NCBI GenBank assembly: GCA_031400505.1
Contig: JANNPZ010000023.1
Coordinates: 4,277 to 68,276 of the forward strand
DNA from: Paracoccaceae bacterium
Lineage (GTDB): Bacteria; Pseudomonadota; Alphaproteobacteria; Rhodobacterales; Rhodobacteraceae
Length of the DNA stretch: 64,000 bases
Reading direction: 5' to 3'
Shown here: positions 59,497 to 64,000 of the stretch, one piece after another
How positions within the stretch are numbered: the first letter of the stretch is position 1
Layout of the letters: each line of letters begins with the position of its first letter
Notes under the pieces: model-generated
Database searches by the model: none
What the model saw: the letters and a program-made list of their open reading frames with translations, nothing else
Told to the model about the DNA's origin: nothing
Position numbers and translations under genes: made by a program

Positions 59497-60660
59497 TCAG
59501 GCCCAAACCCCTTGGAAATCCGCCGGCACCAGCAGATTATCGCGGGAAAGATCGGTCGCCTTGCGCTCGCCACACAGCGCCATCGAGATGTCGAGTTCCT
59601 TGTGAATGATCTGCAGCGCCTTCGTGACACCGGCCTGCCCCATCGCGCCAAGTCCATAGATGCAGGACCGCCCGATCATCACGCCCTTGGCTCCCATGGC
59701 CAGGGCCTTGAGCACGTCCTGCCCCGACCGGATGCCGCTGTCCATCAGGACTTCGGTCTTGTCGCCGACCGCCGCGACAATTCCGGGCAAGGCCCGGATC
59801 GACGAAATCGCCCCGTCAAGCTGCCGCCCGCCGTGGTTTGACACCACGATCGCATCCGCCCCGACCGACAGCGCCTTTTGCGCGTCCTCGACATCGAGGA
59901 TCCCCTTCAGGATCACCTTGCCGCCCCACATCTCCTTGATGCGCGCGATGCGGTTCCAATCAAGGCTGAGGTCAAACGCCTCTGCCGTCCAGCTTGACAG
60001 CGAGGATGGATCGGTCACGCCCTTGGCGTGGCCCACGATGTTGCCGAAGAACCGCCGCTTGGTGCCCAGCATGCCCAGACCCCATTGCACCCGGGTCATC
60101 ATGTCGGCAACCGAGGACACCGTCAGCTTGGGCGGGGCAGAGAGGCCGTTTTTCAGATCCTTGTGCCGCTGGCCCAACAGTTGCAGATCGACGGTGATCA
60201 CCAGCGCCGAGCATTTGGCCGCGCGGGCCCGCTCGATCAGGCGACGCATGAAATCGTCATCTTTCAGCGTATAGACCTGAAACCAGAAGGGGGCGCTGGT
60301 GTTCGCTGCCACATCCTCGATCGAGCAGATCGACATGGTGGAGAGCGTGAAGGGTATCCCGAAGGCCTCGGCTGCGCGGGCCGCCTTGATCTCGCCGTCG
60401 GCACTGTTCATGCCCGTCATGCCGACCGGGGCGATGGCCACCGGCATGGCGACCTTTTCGCCCAGCATCGTGCTTTCCGTGCTGCGCCCCGACATGTCCA
60501 CCGCAACTCTTTGGCGCAGCCGCAGCTTGGCAAAATCCGAGGTGTTGTCCCGGAAGGTCTGCTCGGTGTAGCTGCCGCTTTCGCAGTAGTCGTAGAACAT
60601 CTTCGGCACCCGGCGTTTGTAGATCCGCTTCAGATCCTCGATGCAGGTCACGACGGGCAT
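59497..60660 (-). CDS. lldD: FMN-dependent alpha-hydroxy acid (L-lactate) dehydrogenase
   Basis: MPVVTCIEDLKRIYKRRVPKMFYDY..., VSNHGGRQLD and SGIRSGQDVLKALA motifs. Confidence 0.85.
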   Translation of the reverse strand: MPVVTCIEDLKRIYKRRVPKMFYDYCESGSYTEQTFRDNTSDFAKLRLRQRVAVDMSGRSTESTMLGEKVAMPVAIAPVGMTGMNSADGEIKAARAAEAFGIPFTLSTMSICSIEDVAANTSAPFWFQVYTLKDDDFMRRLIERARAAKCSALVITVDLQLLGQRHKDLKNGLSAPPKLTVSSVADMMTRVQWGLGMLGTKRRFFGNIVGHAKGVTDPSSLSSWTAEAFDLSLDWNRIARIKEMWGGKVILKGILDVEDAQKALSVGADAIVVSNHGGRQLDGAISSIRALPGIVAAVGDKTEVLMDSGIRSGQDVLKALAMGAKGVMIGRSCIYGLGAMGQAGVTKALQIIHKELDISMALCGERKATDLSRDNLLVPADFQGVWA

Positions 60661-60681
60661 GGGACGGTCCTTTCGGCTGTA

Positions 60682-60702
60682 TTGGTAAAAAGTGTTTACC
60701 AA
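60682..60702. promoter_or_regulatory. GntR/FadR-type operator-like palindrome TTGGTAAA-N5-TTTACCAA upstream of lldD
   Basis: Perfect 8-bp arms, 22-42 nt upstream of the ATG at 60660. An extra half-site TTTGGTAAT lies at 60726-60734. Confidence 0.4.
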
Positions 60703-60884
60703 AGAAGCCCGTCGAAAGCAATCACTTTGGTAATCCCGGATCCACCCGTGCGGCGGTATGCGCAGCACCTGGCTGCCGATGGGTTGACCACGCCATCGGC
60801 GGCCGCGTCGCGTCGCGCAGGTTGCAAAGACCAAAATTGGGGCGGCGCGTGAGATGGCGAAGGGTCACGCCCGGGAAAGCCGCA

Positions 60885-61676
60885 CTACGCCGAATGCGCC
60901 CCTGCGGCCAAGGCGGCCACGCTGGCCAGCACCTCGGCAACGCTGCGCCCCTCGCCGATCTGTTTGACGATGGCCGACCCGACGACACAGCCATCCGCCA
61001 CCGCGGCAATCGCGCGGGCCTGGTCGGGCGTGTTGATCCCGAAGCCGACCACGACCGGCAGGTCGGTCGAGGCCTTGATCCGCGCCACCTCGGGTGCCAC
61101 GTCCCCTGCCTCGGCCGCCGCAGCCCCGGTGATCCCGGTGATCGAGACGTAATAGACAAAGCCCGAGGTGTTCTGTAGCACCTTCGGCAGGCGCTTGGCG
61201 TCCGTTGTGGGCGTGGCCAGCCGGATGAAGTTCAACCCCGCCGCCTGCGCGGGCAGGCACAGTTCGGCATCTTCCTCGGGCGGCAGATCGACGATGATCA
61301 ACCCGTCGATCCCGGCTTCGGTCGCTTCCTTCAGGAACCGCTCCACCCCGCGCGCATAGATCGGGTTGTAATAGCCCATCAACACGATCGGCGTCACCGT
61401 GTCGCCCGCCCGAAAGTCGCGCACCATCTGCAAGGTCGCGTCCAGCGTCATCCCGCCCTCCAGCGCGCGCTGGCCGGCCAGCTGGATCGTCGGGCCATCG
61501 GCCATCGGATCGGTAAAGGGCAGGCCCAACTCGATGATGTCCACCCCGGCACCCGGCAGGCCCCTCATCACCGCAAGGGCTGTCGCCACATCGGGGTCGC
61601 CCGCCATGATGTAGGAAACGAAGGCCTTCTTTCCCGCGGCGCGCAGCCGGGCAAACGTGTCGTCGATCCGTGTCAT
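60885..61676 (-). CDS. trpA: tryptophan synthase subunit alpha
   Basis: [46 protein letters not shown] and YVSITGITG. Confidence 0.9.
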   Translation of the reverse strand: MTRIDDTFARLRAAGKKAFVSYIMAGDPDVATALAVMRGLPGAGVDIIELGLPFTDPMADGPTIQLAGQRALEGGMTLDATLQMVRDFRAGDTVTPIVLMGYYNPIYARGVERFLKEATEAGIDGLIIVDLPPEEDAELCLPAQAAGLNFIRLATPTTDAKRLPKVLQNTSGFVYYVSITGITGAAAAEAGDVAPEVARIKASTDLPVVVGFGINTPDQARAIAAVADGCVVGSAIVKQIGEGRSVAEVLASVAALAAGAHSA

Positions 61677-61773
61677 GAGGCTCCCCTGCCGCTGCATGGT
61701 CCGATGTGCCACGGCACAAGGTGGGAAATCAATGGGGCCCGGCCCGTGCTGCCGCACGACCCGCAGGCGCAGG

Positions 61774-62565
61774 CTATACCTCGAGCGTCAGCGGGCAATG
61801 GTCCGACACTTCGGGATCACGCACAACGTCGAACGCGCGCACGGCGTCGGGGCGGTCGATCAGCATGTAGTCGGCATATCTGCCGGCTTTGCCGTAATGC
61901 GATGTGCGGGTGCCGGGGAACCCGCCGCTGGTCACCAGTTCGACCATCCCCGCGGCTTTGAGCAGGTTCAGCGTCTCGCTGTCCGGCCCGACGTTGAAAT
62001 CGCCGCAGATGACCCGCAAATCACCTGCCTGCGTCAGCTGATCAGACAGCGCAAGCAGCCGCCGGGCCTGTGCCAGCCGTTCGGGCGTGTCGCCCTTGCC
62101 CGCCAGATCGCGCAACCCGTGCATATGGGTGATGCCGACAAATCCGCGCCGGGACGGGTCATGGATCCGTACCCCATGCGCACAGCGCGCGCGCGGATGA
62201 TCGCCATAGCCGTCGGGCGCATAGTCCTTGTGCACAAAGCCCTGCACCTGCCCTACGACGGCCAATGACCGGTGGACAAAGGTGGCAAGACCCCATTGCG
62301 AGGGCACGGCCTGCGCGCCGTCCCACAACACACCTTCGGCCGCGGGGCAGAACGTGGCGGTGTGGTCCGGCAAGGCCCGGCAGACATCGCGAAAGAAGTT
62401 CGCGCGCTGGTCCAGCACATGGTCGCCATCGCGGTAGGTCAGCCAGTCCCGGGCGGTCTGCGGGCTGTGGACCACCTCTTGCAGGCACAGCACCTGTGGC
62501 GCCTGTGCGGCCAGATAGGGAAGAAGCCGGTCGCACAGCTTGCCGCCCCAGCCATTCAAACACAT
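61774..62565 (-). CDS. endonuclease/exonuclease/phosphatase (EEP) family protein
   Basis: (R)IMCLNGWGG...LCLQEV...ICGDFN...SDHCPL motifs. The start may be GTG 62574. The listed 470-aa ORF is over-extended. Confidence 0.75.
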   Translation of the reverse strand: MCLNGWGGKLCDRLLPYLAAQAPQVLCLQEVVHSPQTARDWLTYRDGDHVLDQRANFFRDVCRALPDHTATFCPAAEGVLWDGAQAVPSQWGLATFVHRSLAVVGQVQGFVHKDYAPDGYGDHPRARCAHGVRIHDPSRRGFVGITHMHGLRDLAGKGDTPERLAQARRLLALSDQLTQAGDLRVICGDFNVGPDSETLNLLKAAGMVELVTSGGFPGTRTSHYGKAGRYADYMLIDRPDAVRAFDVVRDPEVSDHCPLTLEV

Positions 62566-62716
62566 GATCCGCACGACGCGGCCCCTTTCCCGGCAACCCC
62601 CTGCCGCCCAGACTTTCGCACAAGGCGGCGCGGCGCAACCCGAAAGAACGGGCCGCAGAAGCTTGATCCTTTCCCCCGCCCTGCGTAGAAGCGGCGCGTC
62701 GGCAATGGAGGGTAGC

Positions 62717-63814
62717 ATGGGTTTCAAGATGGGCATCGTGGGTTTGCCGAACGTCGGCAAGTCCACCCTCTTCAACGCGCTGACCCGGACGGCGGCGGCG
62801 CAGGCGGCGAACTTTCCGTTCTGCACCATCGAGCCGAACGTGGGCGAGGTCGCGGTGCCCGACAGCCGGCTTGACAAGTTGGCGGCGATTGCGGGGTCCA
62901 AGCAGATCATACCGACGCGGATGACCTTTGTTGACATTGCCGGCCTCGTGCGGGGGGCGTCGAAGGGCGAGGGGTTGGGCAACCAGTTTCTGGCCAACAT
63001 CCGGGAATGTGACGCGGTGGCCCATGTGCTGCGCTGTTTCGAGGATGGCGACATCACCCATGTCGAGGGGCGCATCGACCCGGTGGCGGATGCCGAGACC
63101 ATCGAGACCGAGCTGATGCTGGCCGATCTTGAATCGATCGAGCGGCGGCTGGCGGGGCTCGCGCGCAAGATAAAGGGCGGCGACAAAGAGGCGGTCGATC
63201 AGGACCGCCTACTGCGTATCGCGTTGAAATTGCTGGAGGATGGCAAGCCCGCGCGGTTTGCGAAGGTGGCAGAGGATGACCTGCGGGCCTGGCGGTTGTT
63301 GCAGCTTTTGACGTCAAAGCCGGTGCTTTATGTCTGCAACGTCGAGGAATCTTCGGCGGCAGAGGGCAACAGCCAGTCGGCGCGGGTGGCCGTGATGGCG
63401 GCGGCACAGGGGGCGGCGTCGGTGGTGATCAGCGCCCGGATCGAGGAAGAGATCAGCCAGCTTCCCCCCGACGAGGCTGCGATGTTTCTGGAAGAGATGG
63501 GGTTGGCCGAGGCGGGGTTGGACCGGCTGATCAAGGCGGGTTACAAGCTGTTGGGATTGCAGACCTATTTCACCGTCGGCCCCAAAGAGGCCCGCGCCTG
63601 GACGATCAACGCAGGCACGCTGGCCCCGCAGGCGGCGGGGGTGATCCACGGCGATTTCGAGAAGGGGTTCATCCGGTCCGAGACGATTGCCTATGACGAT
63701 TACATCGCAGGTCGCGGCGAGGCGGGGGCCAAGGAAGCGGGCAAGTTCCGGGTCGAGGGGAAGACCTATGAGGTGAAGGACGGGGATGTGCTGCACTTCC
63801 TGTTTTCCGGCTGA
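62717..63814 (+). CDS. ychF: redox-regulated ribosome-binding ATPase YchF
   Basis: MGFKMGIVGLPNVGKSTLFNALT and the C-terminal TGS-like YEVKDGDVLHFLF. 365 aa. Confidence 0.95.
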   Translation: MGFKMGIVGLPNVGKSTLFNALTRTAAAQAANFPFCTIEPNVGEVAVPDSRLDKLAAIAGSKQIIPTRMTFVDIAGLVRGASKGEGLGNQFLANIRECDAVAHVLRCFEDGDITHVEGRIDPVADAETIETELMLADLESIERRLAGLARKIKGGDKEAVDQDRLLRIALKLLEDGKPARFAKVAEDDLRAWRLLQLLTSKPVLYVCNVEESSAAEGNSQSARVAVMAAAQGAASVVISARIEEEISQLPPDEAAMFLEEMGLAEAGLDRLIKAGYKLLGLQTYFTVGPKEARAWTINAGTLAPQAAGVIHGDFEKGFIRSETIAYDDYIAGRGEAGAKEAGKFRVEGKTYEVKDGDVLHFLFSG

Positions 63815-63862
63815 ACCCCTTGGGAACGCGGCGTTAATCCGGCAGGATCGGCGCGGGGGGGT

Positions 63863-63906
63863 GTATGGCGGAGGTATGCGGCGCGTATGGCTTGCGTATG
63901 GCGAAC
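63863..63906. repeat. four imperfect 11-bp tandem repeats (GTATGGCGGAG / GTATGCGGCGC / GTATGGCTTGC / GTATGGCGAAC)
   Basis: Read directly, downstream of ychF. Confidence 0.6.
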
Positions 63907-63964
63907 GGCATGACGTTCCGCGCGCGGCGGCCGGGTTAACGATTGCGGGCGAATCGGGGGGGAT

Positions 63965-63988
63965 GGCGGGCTGAAGCCCGCCCTACGG
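63965..63988. repeat. REP-like hairpin GGCGGGC-TGAA-GCCCGCC followed by CTACGG
   Basis: Same architecture as 33792-33814. A further GGCGGGC starts at 63991, at the window edge. Confidence 0.55.
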
Positions 63989-64000
63989 TTGGCGGGCGGT

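Noticed and set aside
61774-63186. 470-aa ORF reading
   Set aside because: The N-terminal 200 aa are antisense to ychF. The EEP domain begins at (R)IMCLNGWGG. Start moved to about 62565-62574.
1-64000. CRISPR arrays, rRNA genes, transposases, insertion sequences, prophage or GTA structural clusters
   Set aside because: Looked for regularly spaced direct repeats, DDE/serine/tyrosine recombinase motifs and phage structural or terminase ORFs in all frames. None were found by eye.

Overview
High-GC (roughly 60-65% by eye) alphaproteobacterial chromosome segment. Gene content and synteny suggest Rhodobacterales: pckA divergent from chvI-chvG-hprK-rapZ-EIIA(Man)-HPr, a class I lysyl-tRNA synthetase, hbd/etfBA, and abundant GGATATTTG...GATGAAA intergenic repeats. 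I call about 62 protein-coding genes, one tRNA-Trp, one frameshifted arylsulfatase and one possible gene relic. Most of the window is core housekeeping: a BMP-type nucleoside ABC importer plus purine nucleoside phosphorylase, rimI-tsaB, nfuA-like, parC, ettA, nadD, dacB, truA, pth, rplY, trpA and ychF. I see no CRISPR array, transposase, integrase, prophage block or recognisable multi-gene defence system, and I cannot point to a clear new multi-gene system. The strongest anomaly is a sharply delimited low-GC orphan gene (33829-34854). It starts 6 nt downstream of ettA, lies near tRNA-Trp, and encodes a protein I cannot place in any family. Other points worth a second look:
- a signal-peptide-less tailspike-like beta-helix protein (42053-44341);
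- a ycjX-GNAT-ycjF operon joined by GTGA overlaps;
- a single-C frameshift in a Cys-type sulfatase inside a BNR/sulfatase/MFS cluster;
- an orphan P-loop ATPase behind a perfect 14-bp palindrome;
- two intergenic repeat families (four and at least two copies);
- several candidate operator sites and small ORFs.
Function calls come from motif recognition by eye in the supplied translations. Start codons were refined by hand using SD sequences and overlaps, and all need database confirmation.
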